In this document: positions 49,001-62,204 of the stretch, piece by piece
How positions within the stretch are numbered: position 1 is the first letter of the stretch
How the letters are laid out: each line of letters starts with the position of its first letter
Origin: Chiloscyllium plagiosum
Taxonomy: Eukaryota
Reading direction: 5' to 3'
Assembly: GCF_004010195.1 (NCBI RefSeq)
Contig: NC_057719.1
Coordinates: forward strand, 40,685,273-40,749,272
DNA: 64,000 bases
Notes under the pieces: model-generated
Told to the model about the DNA's origin: nothing
What the model saw: the letters and a program-made list of their open reading frames with translations, nothing else
Databases searched by the model: none
Made by a program: the position numbers and the translations under genes

Positions 49001-50872
49001 TGTACAAAGACATGCATTCAGCAGGTGTAAACAATACCAGCAGGAGTTACCTCTTTCCTGAAATGAAATCATTTTGTGTAAGACTGATAGAAAATTGAAC
49101 AAATGTGCCCCAGTTGTGTGATGCTGAATCAAGAGATATGCAACTGTGGAATAATTTATAAGCATCAGGTTGAGAAATTTGACTTGCAGCATTAAGAACT
49201 ATTTATCTACATTTGCTGATTGAAGTTTCCAAATCTACTTTTAATCAAGAAATGATTAGTTATCACATTTTTGAATATAACATTTATACAATAGTATCAA
49301 ATATTATGACTGAGGATAAAAGTAAAATACAAAGATCAACAACCATGTTACTCATGTGTCCATAACATGTGAAACCTGAAACTTTCCATCCAGCTATTGG
49401 AGAGCTTTTTTTCTGACTGCCAAATTTGGATTTTTAAAAAGTTACGTCTAATACTGTACAAATTTAAAATGAATCAAGTTTGGATTTTTTTTGCTGTCTT
49501 TTCGTTTGCTACTGAATAAGTCCTTATGTTGCAATTTATAGGTGGTAGAATTATATGGTGCAGTATTATCACTTCTGTATAATCTACAATACTTTACAAC
49601 TTCTGTTGCAACTTTTTCCTTTGCAAGACAAAAGTATTTTACCTTCAGCTAATGTGTTTCAGTTAAACTGGGTATATTAGCACCCGTTAAAATACATTCA
49701 AACTTCAGTATAAATTGCACTTGTAAACATGTTTTTTTGTATAAATATCCAGAACAATGACGTATTTGTCTTAAGTACTCTACAGGGACAACACTAATGT
49801 GATATGTAAATCCTAAGAAAAGTTAGATGGGAAACTGCCATTACAGTGTGCCACAGCTTTAAAGACAGGTGCACTTAAAGTCTTTATTAACCTTTCACCA
49901 TTTGCCTTAGGCCACATGGGGACTTAACCAAATAATATATCCTTTAGAAGTTCACATAATGAGCAAAGAATTTTTTTCTCAATCATTAAAATGTAACTCA
50001 ACCTTCCTATCTAGATAACACATCTCATTTAAAGCTGAGATTGTACTGATCTCTTTTATCATTGAAATTGATGATATAGTCCCCTGGATATTGTATTTAA
50101 GCACAAAATTATTAATTTTATTTTGCCTTAACTTTCCAAGACACAGTTGAGCCCTTTGTAATGCATTGTTTGAATCACAGAACAAATCAAGAGAGCCCAC
50201 GTTATTCTAGTCTCCAACTTAGAACTTGCATATAAAAAAAAATGCCGTGAACAAAATAAATCTTCGATATTGTCAGGGAAGCCTAGTTTGTTTTGCGCTT
50301 TATAGGCTGGTAAGAGCTCTCAAGTGTAAATGCACTGTTCAGTCATTAAATGTTTCCCGTATAATGCATGCTACGCTGAATTGTACCACTTCACGAAACT
50401 CATGAAGAAATCTTTTAAACAATGTGATGGAACTATCTGAGTTGTTTTAGTAGACTCATATGATTGGATCTCAATTTCGTTTGGTAACGTAGTAATAATT
50501 ATTGATTAGATATGGATTGTTCAAACAAAGAACACAATGAAGTAAGTTTCAATTTGTTCAAGATATTTAGAATCCATATTGTATATTGGCTGCTCAATAA
50601 AAATAACTGAGAATTTGTAGCTTACAAAAAGGCTTTGATTAATTTTGTTTTCTGAATGTTAATCATTTCCTTTTAAAAATAATTAGCATTACAGTTTTTA
50701 ATCCTAGAGAAAGATAATTTCTTAATGCTGAATGTAATTGTTTAAAAGTTCACAGATGACATTCATTATAATATGTAATTTAAAGCAAGAGTCTTTTTTA
50801 GCTGTGCAGAATGGAAGTCAACACTAAAGTGTACATTAGATGGTGTTTATCTCAAAAAGGAAAGCATTCAGA

Positions 50873-51076
50873 CCCCAAAACAGAAATTGCTGGAGAAACT
50901 CACCAGGCCTGGCAGTATTTATGGAGAGAAAACAGAGTTAATGTTCCTAGTCCAGTCACCCTTCCTGAAGTGTTAGCTCCACTTTCTCTCCGCAGATGCC
51001 ATCAGACCCATTAAGTTTCTCTAGCAATTTCGGTTTTGCTTCATATTTTCAGCATCTCCAATTTTATGTTTTATTT
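50873..51076. mobile_element. Older palindromic Penelope-like pseudo-LTR mini-element with 11-bp TSD
   Basis: Imperfect inverted arms (AAAACAGAAATTGCTGGAGAAACT... and ...AGTTTCTCTAGCAATTTCGGTTTT). AAGCATTCAGA at 50862-50872 and 51077-51087. Confidence 0.75.
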
Positions 51077-53559
51077 AAGCATTCAGATCCTGCTAGACTA
51101 TGGTTGTGAGCTTGACACCCAATTTAGTGCAGTCAACAGGAGGGCACCCACTTGCTCCATGCAATAGAAAATCCAAAGTCTATCCAATAAAGATGGAGGG
51201 TTACCCAGTCTATTTTCAACCCCAGATCCCCACAGGGGACCAATTTTCAAAATAAAATTGGTTGTTTTTGGTATCCAGACTATTTTTATGGCTAGCTTTT
51301 CCTGATGATGCTGACATTTGCCTATATTAAAACATGCCAAAAATGATGTTATATAGGCTCTTCACTTCTCTCAAAGTTTCTCGCTTTTCATTAAGCTACC
51401 AGTTCTCTTTAAAAATTTCTAACTAGACTTTGAAAGCCAATGAATGTGACTCCTCACATGCCTTTGACATGACTGTGTGTGAAATCTTTTAGGTGTGAGG
51501 ATGTAGAAAAATGAGGGCAAAAAATTGTAAAGATTTTGGAGAACAAATGGGGGTTTCACAGATGACTGTGTTCAATATATCTTCACCACCTTGCTTTTCC
51601 TAATCTTGGTCAGCTGCCATCAAAGTTTACTATATAGAGGAAAGAAAAGTTTAATGACTTTTCTCTTTGTATTGCATGGGAAATGTGCTGTGCAAATGTC
51701 TAACCAGCAGTTGTTTTTAATACAGAAATGAAGGTGAAACACTTGGTGAAAGATAGAGAGCAATTGATTCTGAGTTGTTCTGGCCTCCTGCCCTTCAGTT
51801 TTTTGTGATTGGTACCTATTTCAAGTGATGGTTTCGGGAATGGTTAGAGAGAGTATGATGAAGATGGTGGAAATATGGTCCTTAAGGAAGGTATTCTTTA
51901 CTGGAGACTATGTGTAAATGAGACTTCAATCCTGAGAGAAGTAAAAGCAGAGAAACACTTTCTTTGTGCAGTTACCTGAATGAACATGTTCCATCTATTG
52001 GTGTTTAATTTATTTCATTTGCTAATTTAAATTGATCACAATGACAGCAAGTTGCAGTTGAAAATCCTTTTTAGCTTGCTCCATCAACCATGATATGCAT
52101 TTGCAGTTTCATTGGTATAATCTTGCTATTATGAGGAAAATGTCTTTCATTATTGAATGTTGCAGCTTAAACTTGCATTAATGCAAAACTACAAGCAATT
52201 GCTAAATTATGATGATCTAAAATAAAACTTCCAATGCACAGTGAATCTTTACACCATATAGAGGGTGCTTGAAATACAAAACTAATTTTATGCCTGCGTT
52301 CATCACTTATAAACTGCAGCAACCAATAACCTTTTGTATACTTCTTGGTTCCCCAATGACCTTTTCTAAAGATGCTTTTACATTCAAGTATAGGATTTCA
52401 AAACCCTGACCAGAAGTAAAATAGGTAAAGAGAATTTTGTTGGCTGAAATTGGTCATGAGATCAAGGCAACTAATTCACAGCAACCTGACAACAGTAGAA
52501 CTGTGAAATCTGAGCTCAAATAGTAAAACAGATTCTTGACACAGTGATACGGTTTCCTGATGATTGTACATTGTAATTATATATTGGCCTCGCTGGAGTG
52601 AGAAATGTGCATTTTGTTGATGTTTAGAAAGTATTGCACATCTGTATCTAGTAAAACCACATAAGGTACTTTAAATCTATTCATGTGCATAGTATTGTTA
52701 AAAGTAAAGTAGAGATTTTTCATAAAGGCTTTCTTTTATGCAGATAAGTTCACTGTCAGCATCCTTATAAAGAGGTACCTCGATATGCTGAATTCAGCAT
52801 TGTCATTAACATGTCAAAACTATAGAAGCATTTTCTGTTAGACAATCAATTGTTATATGTAACTTTTACTTAGATCCTTATTATGTCAGACTTAGGGAAT
52901 CCACAAGTCAATTTCTCAAATAATGAAATCAGCACACAGTCTTCAAAATAAAATATATACTTTTTAAGTAGAATAATTGTTATTAAACTACGTTGATGGC
53001 ACTGTTTACTCAGACAACGTGTAGATTCATTTACAAGTGTCTTTACACCATTTGTTTTGTATTTTGTTTGTAATGTACCTTTTCTCTAGCTTTGAACGTC
53101 ACCATTTTTATTAATGGTACTTAAATGAGCTTTAAATAGAATTTGTGTTTCTGCAAGGAGTGACTAACTTTATCATTTATTTTCCCTCTGCCAGCTGTAT
53201 GTTGCAACAATTTTGATTGCTATTGCCTCAGCTGAAACTGTAATTGGTTTAGTAATCATAAATTAGAAAGGGAAAATTCCACTTGTACTTTTGATCCTCC
53301 TCATTATCTTGCATTCTTTGTTAGAGAATTCTCATGTATGGATCAACACACATAAATTCAGGCTCCTTTTCATCTCTTCTTCCCTCTTTTCTTTCTCTGC
53401 CATCTCAAAAATCAAGTGCAAGGAGCTTATGAATTCTTCATCAACAAAATCCTGTGTCGCAGACCTGTGTAGCAGACCTCACAAAATTTACTTCAGTAAT
53501 CGTGGCTACTTTAGCACCCCATCTTATCTCAATTTGTCTACAACAAGATTGCCAAAACA

Positions 53560-53830
53560 GCAATGAATGAATGGCCAAATAATCTTAGGAGTGATATTAA
53601 TTGAGAGATAATGCAGCCCATTGACTGTTATTTTTCATTGGATAATGCCATGTAACGTTTTCCAATTGCCTAAGGGAATATCTAAGGCTTTGGTTCAAAG
53701 TTTTGGCCAATAAAGGATATTTCTAACTGTACAGCAATCCCTCAGGACTGCTTTGAATTGTGCAAGGCTACATTATGTGCTCAAGTCTGAGGAGGGGTGA
53801 GAGGATTGTGACTGTGCTCAGGCTGACACC
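53560..53830 (-). mobile_element. Ancient Deu-domain SINE relic (SacSINE/AmnSINE-like)
   Basis: Decayed ACAGCAATCCCTCAGGACTGC...CTACATTATGTGCTCAAGTCT segment resembles this SINE group. Recognised by eye only. Confidence 0.5.
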
Positions 53831-55047
53831 ATCCACTTAATAGCTGTGGTTACTTTCCATGAACATTCAGGAGCATAGCTTACATTTGTCCAAGTTGCCG
53901 AAAGAAAAGAAAGCTTTCAAACCACTGCCAATAATCTTTTGAATAGACCTGTGCCAGATAACTGAAGGGGAACAAACCTACAGTGCAGTTATTGTTGGCA
54001 GTCCCCAGCTAAAAAGCAAATGCCTATAAAATCATAACATTGGAGCAGGATGTGAGACAATGCCCCCCCAAAAAAAGATGGCTGTCATTGTTGTACAAGT
54101 TTCTATTGTGAATTGAAATCTGTGTAAAACAGTTATAGCATAACATTTCTACATTAAAAACCCATGTTTGGACTTGGTTCTGTATATTAACTGTGGACAG
54201 GCTGTTAAAAAAATGACTATAGCATATATGAATTGATGGAAAAACTGCACTTACACTTCTCAAAAAGTGAAGAACATAGGATAATTCAGCTTGCAGATGA
54301 CACTGTAAAATATGACGTAAAAGAGAAAAATATTATAAACATACAGTAATTTAGCCAAAGTTTGAAATAGAAGGATGAGTATACTCAAATCTTTATATCA
54401 GAAGTCGTGATAGCATTCATGCATTATTAAATAATTCATTATGTATGAAGTTAATCTTGCAAACTATTATATAAATGCAAGGCAAAAGCAGTGTTAGATC
54501 TAGAAATTACTTTAAAAAGTTACATTCTCAACATTTTCCAGAATCCAATCCTGCCTAGTACCTTGCATAATCAGTTGGATTCCACTCTACAGTATTTTCT
54601 GCAGCTTTCCACCAAGTTCACAACTAGATGTGAACAGCTGGCATATAAGTGAAGCTTGGGATGTGAAATCATCCAGCCTCCAGGTTACTTTCCAGTTCCA
54701 CCACCTAAAACCTTTTCAGAGGTAAAATCAGGACCTGTCCTTCCTGGGGATGATCATCCTCTGTTACGTATTGCTCAAGAAGCTTTCCCAATCAGCTCTG
54801 AGTAAAATTATATTTGGCACTGTAGAATTGTTCCTGCTTGAATCACCCAGTTTGAGTTGCCACACTTCAGACAGGGTTCAGATATTAAAAAAGCCTTGGG
54901 TCGGGAGATAGGGAAAAAAATGCTAGAGCATTTTCATTTCTTTTAAATCTTTTGTCTTGTGCCTTGCCTTTCTAAACAACATTCAAACATTAAATTAATA
55001 TGCATTGACATTTGAGAATAGATCATGGTAAGAAAATAAATGATAAA

Positions 55048-55205
55048 GTCATACAGTCAGAGATTTATATCATGGAAACAGGGCCTTCGACCCAACTTTT
55101 ATGTGCTGGCAAGTTTTCACAATTAATCCAGTCCCATTTGCCTGCTTTTGGAACATATCCCTCCATACCTATCCCATCCATGTACTTGTCCAAATGTTTC
55201 TTAAA
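55048..55205 (-). mobile_element. HER1/CR1 LINE 3' tip
   Basis: Reverse complement of the HER1 3'UTR (CATGGAAACAGGCCTTCGACCCAAC...CCATCCATGTACTTGTCCAAATGT). Confidence 0.8.
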
Positions 55206-55259
55206 TGGGACATTTAAGAATAAGTCTAGCGATTAAGGCTTCTGAGTTTAACTGGCAGT

Positions 55260-55855
55260 TACAGGAGTTGGGAGGTCATATCACGGCTGTACAGGACATT
55301 GGTTAGGCCACTTTTGGAATATTGTGTGCAATGCTGGTCTCCTTCCTATTGGAAGGATGTTCTGAAAATTGAAAGAGTTCAGAAAAGATTTACAAGGATA
55401 TTGCTAGGGTTGGAGGATTTGAGTTATAGGGAGAGGCTGAGTAGGCTGGGGCTTTTTTCCCTGGAGCATCAGAGGCTGAGGGGTGACCTTACAGAGGTTT
55501 ATAAAATCATGATGGGCATGGATAGGGTAAATAGACAAGGTCTTTTCCCTGGGGTGGGGAAGTCCAGAACTAGAGGGCTTGCATTAAGGGGAGAGAGGAA
55601 AGATACAAAAGAGACCTAAGGTGCAGTTTTTTCACACAGAGGGTGGTGCATGCTTGGAATGAGCTACCAGAGGAAGTGGTGGAGGCTGGTTTAGTTACAG
55701 CATTTAAAAGACATCTGGATGGGGTATATGAATAGGAAGGGTTTAGAGGGATGTGGGCCAAGTGCTGGCAAATGGGACTAGATTAGTTTAGGATATCTGG
55801 TTGGACCAAAGGGTCTGTTTCTGTGCTGTACATCTCTGTGATTCTATGACTGTAT
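55260..55855 (+). mobile_element. HER1/CR1 LINE 3' fragment
   Basis: ORF 55299-55619 (VRPLLEYCVQCWSP...RLRGDLTEVYKIM) plus 3'UTR. Confidence 0.93.
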
Positions 55856-56245
55856 AACTGTGAAGTGATACATTTACCGGTAAAAAATGAGAAAATGCAA
55901 TATAAAACAGAAGTTACAATTCTAAAGGGAGTGCAGGAGTAGATGAAACTGGGGTCGACGTGTGCAAATCATTTAAAGTAGGACGGCAATTTGAGTAAGA
56001 TATTAATAAGGTGTGTTAAGATCCTTTGTTTTATAATTAGAGACATAGAATATAAAAGCAAGAATGCTATGGTAAACCTTCACAGCACACTTGTTCAGCC
56101 TCAACTGGAAACTTGTGTACAAGTTTGGGCACCCTGTTCTACGAAGGATTCAAGGCATTAGAGTTGTGCTGACAATATAGGCAAGCATGATTCCAAGGAT
56201 GTGGAATCTCAGTTATATGGATAAATTGGAGAAGCTGGATCTGTT

Positions 56246-58435
56246 CCATAGGAACATAGGGATTAAGAGTGGGAGTAGACAATTCAGTCCTTCAAGCCCG
56301 CTCCACCATTTAACATGATCATGGCTGATCTTATCCTGGTCTCAACTCCATTTTGTTGCCTGCTCCCCATAATCCTTTATCCTGCTTTTTCTCTTTTGAA
56401 TATCTGCTTCTTTCTTGATTCTGCCTCTACGGCACTCTGGTGCAGTGAGTTCCACAGATTCACAACCCTCTGATGGATGTAGTTTCTCCTCATCACTGTT
56501 TAGAACCTATCTCCTCTCACTCTATATCTATAACCTTTTGTTCGAGGCTGTCCCACAAGGGGGAATATCTGTGCAATGTCCACCTTATCAATCCCCTTTA
56601 GTATTTTATATCCCTCAATCAGATCCCCCCTCATTCTTCTGAACTACAGCAAATACAAACCCAAGCTATTTGATTCCTCCTTGTACGATAGCCCTTTCAT
56701 TCCTGGAATCAACCTGGTGAGCCTCAACTGAACTGCTTCCAGGGCCATTACATCATTCCTCAAGTAAAGAGACAAAAACTGGATACAGTATTCCAGGTGT
56801 GGTCACACTAATGCCTTATATAATTGTAATAACACTTCTTTTCTTTTATGAACCAATTCTTTGGCAATAAATGCCAGTATGCCATTTACCTTTCTTACGT
56901 ATATCTACCCACTTTTTGTGATTCATACACAAAGTTGTCCTGATCTTTTTGTATTGATGCATTTTGAATCTGCTTTTGTTTTAAATCATAATTTGCCCTT
57001 TTATTTTTCTGACCAAAATGCACTTATCCACATTAAACTCCATCTGCCAGGTCCTGGCCCATTCTCAGAGTCTACCAATATCCATCTGTAAACTCTTTAT
57101 CTTCTCATCAATGCCTGCTTTCCTACCTGTTTTACTACCGTGCCTGAATGTTGTTTTGTTATACTTTATTCCTGTTTGCAGGCCATTAAAAAATTGTAAG
57201 AAGTTGAGGACTGAGAACTGAACCCTGCAGCACCCCACTAGTTCCAGTTTGCCATCCAGAGAAGGACCCATTTATCCCAATCCTCTGCTTTCTGTCAGTC
57301 AGCCAATCCTCTGCCCAATCCAATCCTCTGTCCTTAACACCCTGGGATTGAACCTTCTAGGTCAGTCTTTTAGGCAGCACTTTGTTAAATGCCTTCTGGT
57401 AGTTGAGATAAAATGCATTGACTGGATCCTCATTATCCACCTTGCTGGTTATATCCTGAAACAACTCCAGCAGGTTTGTCAAACATGTCTTGCCTTCATG
57501 AAACCATGTTGACACTGGTGAATCGAGCTTTGTTTCTCTAAGCATTTAGTTATCTCCGTTTTAACAATTAACCCCCAATAATGTTCCTACTGCAGAGGTC
57601 AAGCTAACCGGTCTATAATTTCCTACTTTTGGCCTATCTCCTTTCTTGAATAATATTGTCACATTAGTATATTTCCAGTCCACTAGTACCTTTCCATAAT
57701 CCAAGGAATTTTGGAAAATCATAACCATTCCATCACTGTCCCTGCTCCCTTGTCCTTTAATGCCCTAGGATACAGGCCATCAGGCCTCAGGGATTTAACT
57801 GCCTGTTATCCTATCAGTTTACTTAATACTTTCTTCCCAGTTACAGTAATTTCACCAAGTTCCTCTGTGGTATCTGCAGTTTTTGGGAAGAAATTATTAT
57901 CTTGCACTGTGAAAATAGAGACAAAATGTAGTTTTAGTGCCTGGCTATTTTTCAGTTTCCCATTATTACCTCACTATTTTTTCCTCTAAAGTGCAGACAT
58001 TTACTTTCACTATTCTCTTCCTTGAAGCTTTTCGTATTAGTGCTTATGTTTTTTTGCTAGTTTCCTTTCATAGTTCATCTTAACTCTTTTGATTTTGTTT
58101 TTTAGTAATCCTTTGCTGACATTTAAAGTTCTACCAATCCTCCAGAGTGTCATTAATTTTTGCAGTAGTCGGTTCTGTTATAATGCGTGTTTCTTCAATG
58201 TGAATTGGTTTTAATGCAATTGCAGAATTTAGATCATTATTTGCAGAATGCCAACCTTCCTTACCTGCATTGCCTGTAATGTGAATCTGACTCAATTAGT
58301 TTAAATAGTGCAGCTATTGCACGATTGCATTATATCAGAGCCGACTGTATGGTATGTCAGTTTTTACGTTTAAATTGTCCTGGACATCCTAGTTAAGCCA
58401 CGGATGATTTTCAGCTTTTTACAATTCCTCTTCCT
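56246..58435 (-). mobile_element. Old CR1 LINE fragment inserted in a plus-strand CR1 relic (55860-56245 and 58450-59650)
   Basis: Minus-strand motifs NYRPVSLTS, KTCLTNLLELFQDIT...DPVNAFYLNYQKAFNKV, and a CR1 3'UTR at the left end. The plus-strand host continues as EKRRLRGDLIDVFK at ~58480. Confidence 0.8.
58166..58347. mobile_element. Tigger/pogo-like MITE
   Basis: 20-bp terminal inverted repeats AGTCGGTTCTGTTATAATGC (58167-58186) and GCATTATATCAGAGCCGACT (58327-58346) with 2 mismatches. The right end is ACTG followed by TA. Confidence 0.7.
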
Positions 58436-58626
58436 CTTAGAAGTATATCTTAATTGAGAGGTATTTAGCTTCACCGTGCAGAAGAGAAGATTGAGGGGAG
58501 ATTTGATAGACGTGTTCAAATCATGGGGTGTCTGGGCAGAATAGTTAGGGAGAAGCAGTTTCCATTCATGAAAGGGTTGAAAACGAGAGAACACTGTTTT
58601 GTGGTGAATGGCAAAAGAATCAAAGA

Positions 58627-59403
58627 TACTTAATGGTAAGGTCCTAGAGAGTGTTGCTGAACAAAGAGACCTTGGAGTGCAGGTTCATAGCTCCTTGAAA
58701 GTGGAGTCGCAGGTAGATAGGATAGTGAAGAAGGCGTTTGGTATGCTTTCTTTTATTGGTCAGAGTATTGAGTACAGGAGTTGGGACATTATGTTGGGAC
58801 ATTATGTTGTGACTGTACGGGACATTGGTTAGGCCACTGTTGGAAAATTGTATGCAATTCTTGTCTCCTTCCTATCGGAAAGATGTTGTGAAACTTGAAA
58901 CGGTTCAGAAAAGATTTACAAGGATGTTGCCAAGGTTGGAGGATTTGAGCTATAGGGAGAGGCTGAACAAGCTGGGGCTGTTTTCCCTGGAGCATTGGAG
59001 GCTGAGGGGTGACTTTATAGAGGTTTACAAAATTATGAGGGCCATGGATAGGATAAATAGACAAAATCTTTTCCCTGAGGTGGGGGAGTCCAGAACTAGA
59101 GGGCATAGGTTTAGGGTGAGAGGGGAAAGATATAAAAGATATAAAAGATATAAAAGTTGCCCTAAGGGGCAACCTTTTCATGCAGAGGGTGGTACGTGTA
59201 TGGAATGAGCTGCCAGAGGATGCGGTGGAAGCTGGTACAATTGCAACATTTAAGAGGCATTTGGATGGGTATATGAATAGGAAGGGTTTGGAGGGATATG
59301 GGCCGAGTGCTGGCAGGTGGGACAAGATTGAGTTGGGATATCTGGTCGGCATGGACAGGTTGGACTGAAGGGTCTGTTTCCATGCTGTACATCTCTATGA
59401 CTC
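58627..59403 (+). mobile_element. HER1/CR1 LINE 3' fragment with two internal micro-duplications
   Basis: Collinear with 7324-8105. Contains GGACATTATGTTG x2 and GATATAAAA x3, and ends CTCTATGACTC. Confidence 0.95.
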
Positions 59404-61859
59404 GATAACAAGACAGAAAACTTTTTTAGATAGCAACTGGTTAGAGTCTACAATGCACTATCTGAAAGTATGGTGGTTGCAGCTTCTACAGTGGCTTTCA
59501 CAAGGGAACTGGGTATTTACCTGAGTAGTAAACTTTTGCAAAGTTATGGCGGAAAGATAGGGTAATGGACATTGCTGAAATGTACTTGCAAAGAGCTGGT
59601 ATGGATATGATGGGCTGAATGGCTTCCTTTTGTACTGTAACCATTCTATGTGCTTGTAGTATCTCTAGTACTAAAGCATAAAAAGTGATTAATGTTTAGT
59701 CAAAAATATGTTTGTTTTGAGTAAACCTTTAATTTCCAGGTCCTTGGAAAGGACCTCCCAAAGACAAAGTCAGATATTTGGTCACTGTCCAAACAGCAGA
59801 GAGCAAAATATTAAGTGGGAAGTGAGGTAGACATTTGACCTTACATGTGGTGATCTCTGCAAACAGCTCGAGGAAATTACTCCTCAGTCTGGACTGCATT
59901 GCAGGAACTAAACTGACATCGATATTTTGAGTGATGGCTGGTTTGTCATGGAAACTGCTCTTGAAATGAGCATATGCCAATAAAAATGATGGGATACATG
60001 GTTTTCTCATTATGTGGTGATGTAGAGTAATTCCTGTGCAGCCTGCTTGGGAAGCAAAGATCCATTTTAGGTTGAACCTTTATGTCCTTAATAGTGGTTA
60101 GGTAAAAAATTGAACTCATTACTGCTCATTTCTGAGGTGCCTTGAGTGCCTTTGGATTTCCAAAATGGAGTCTGCAACATGCTATAGATTAATGATCGTT
60201 ATAGCATCCACAGTAAATATTGACAACAGTATGCAAAATTGGTAGATAATGACATTAGTCATCATGCAGCACGTGATTTGACACTGGCAGTTCCATTTTG
60301 GTGTTTAATATTCCAACTGAGGCTATCTCTTAAATATAGATAGCTGAAAATGTTCAGCAGAAAGAATGACCCTCTACAATGGCTAATTAACCACAATCAG
60401 AAACAGAATATAATTTAATTTAACTCTTACTTAATCAAGTCAAAATTATGAATTAATTTGAAAAACAACTCAATCCTACATCAGCTATTTTCAGATTATT
60501 GGCTGATGGATTCCTTCTGTATGTTTGTATGATTCCACTTTTGTTGCTTACAGTTTCAAGTTAACAAAGTTTACAAGGAGTGGATGAACTGCTGAAGAAT
60601 TTTTCAATGCTGATTTCAAGATTTCTGCACAAATCAGTTGCTTCCAGACATGGGTATACTAGTAGGGAGTTCCATTCTCCAGTTCTGTAGAAGAGTCATA
60701 TTGGACTCGAAACATTAACTTTCTTTGCCTTGTCACAAATGCTGTCAGACATGCTGACTATTTGCTGGAATTTCTGTCTATATTTTGAATTTCCAGCATC
60801 CTTAGTTTTTGCTTTGATTAAAGCATTCTGGGGTGATTGGTTGACAAGGGCGAACAAGGAATGTAGCAGAATAGCAGTGGTGGGAGGATGCTTACTGTGT
60901 TCCTGCTAGAAGGGAGCAGGTTTGAGCTCCCTGCAATCTCTGCTGCTCCGTCTCGGTGATGCCTTAGCTACCCCAATACTCCACTGAAGAACATTATTGC
61001 TGGTTTGTTGAGACACCTATCAAGCCTCTTCTGATTTTGCAATGCTTAGCTGTCAACTAGTGCTGGTAGTCTGAGCAACCACTTCTATACTAGGAAATTA
61101 GATAGAAGTCCTTGTGTTAAAATAGAATCAGGCACTGCATCAAAGTTGTGTCTGCAGGTGCCACCATTTTCACGTTGGATACAATATGCTCCAAGTTCAA
61201 CATAATCCTTTCTGCCAAGAGTCCTCCATGTTCCTTGTCATTGATTGCAATCTTCTTGCCAGGATGCTGAATGTACCCTTCATTTATGTGCAACGTCAGA
61301 ATCTGTGCTGGTGGTTGTAAGACTGAAATTGAATGACAAATTTGAGTTTCTTCATAGACATGTTTCTAAAACTTTTCCTCCATTACCTATCTTGATTGTA
61401 CTTCATGCATATGATTGTACTTCATGCATACCTGAGATAAGAAAGGCATACATGTTAGATGAAGGTGAGGAGGAGGTAGTGTGCTAACACTGTCTGTAGT
61501 TTGTAACTCAGGAGAGGTGATGTGTGTTGTGAGAAGGGTGTTTAGGTACGATCTTTGCTGTTTTTAGCAATATCGCTGAGTAAGATCTCAACAATTAGCA
61601 TCCCAACAATGCCCATGTTTGTCTCCTCCATGAAGACATGGAATTAGAGCATGGTTTGCTGTCTTCCTTCTTGCTGCCTGCTGTTCAGTGCGATCTTGGC
61701 CTGCTAGTGACAGTGAAGTGTGCTAGTGTTTCTAATGCCATCTGGCTGATGTGACTGTCAAAGTTGACAGTGGGTACAAGATGTGTGATGCAGGTCTGTA
61801 GCAGGGCAATGTGCAAGAGGGCACAATGGAACAGTATGAAGACAGAAGATTTTGAGAAC

Positions 61860-62120
61860 ATCCAAGGGAAAACCTTTTCATCCCAGAGTGTGGTAGGAGT
61901 CTGGAACTCACTGTCAGTAAGGGTAGTAGAGGCAGAAACCCTCATAACATTTAAGAAGTATTTAGATGTGCACTTGAGATGCCAAGGCATGTAAGGCTAT
62001 GGGCCAAGTGCTGGAAAATTGGATTCAAATAGGTAGGTGATTGTTTTTGATTGACAATGACACAATGCCCCAAAGGTCCTTCTTCTGTGCTGTAGATATC
62101 AATAACTCTCTGACTCTGTG
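61860..62120 (+). mobile_element. CR1 LINE 3' tip
   Basis: FSSQSVVGVWNSLSVRVVEAETLITFKKYLDVHL plus 3'UTR. Confidence 0.85.
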
Positions 62121-62204
62121 ATTGTTGATAGCTGACTAATCAGACTATGGTGAATTAAACAGTGCCTGATGGTACTGATGCATTTGGTGGGATACAGTAT
62201 TTGG

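Noticed and set aside
61392..61430. 19-bp tandem duplication TGATTGTACTTCATGCATA x2
   Set aside because: An ordinary slippage duplication inside decayed repeat-like sequence, with no sign of function.
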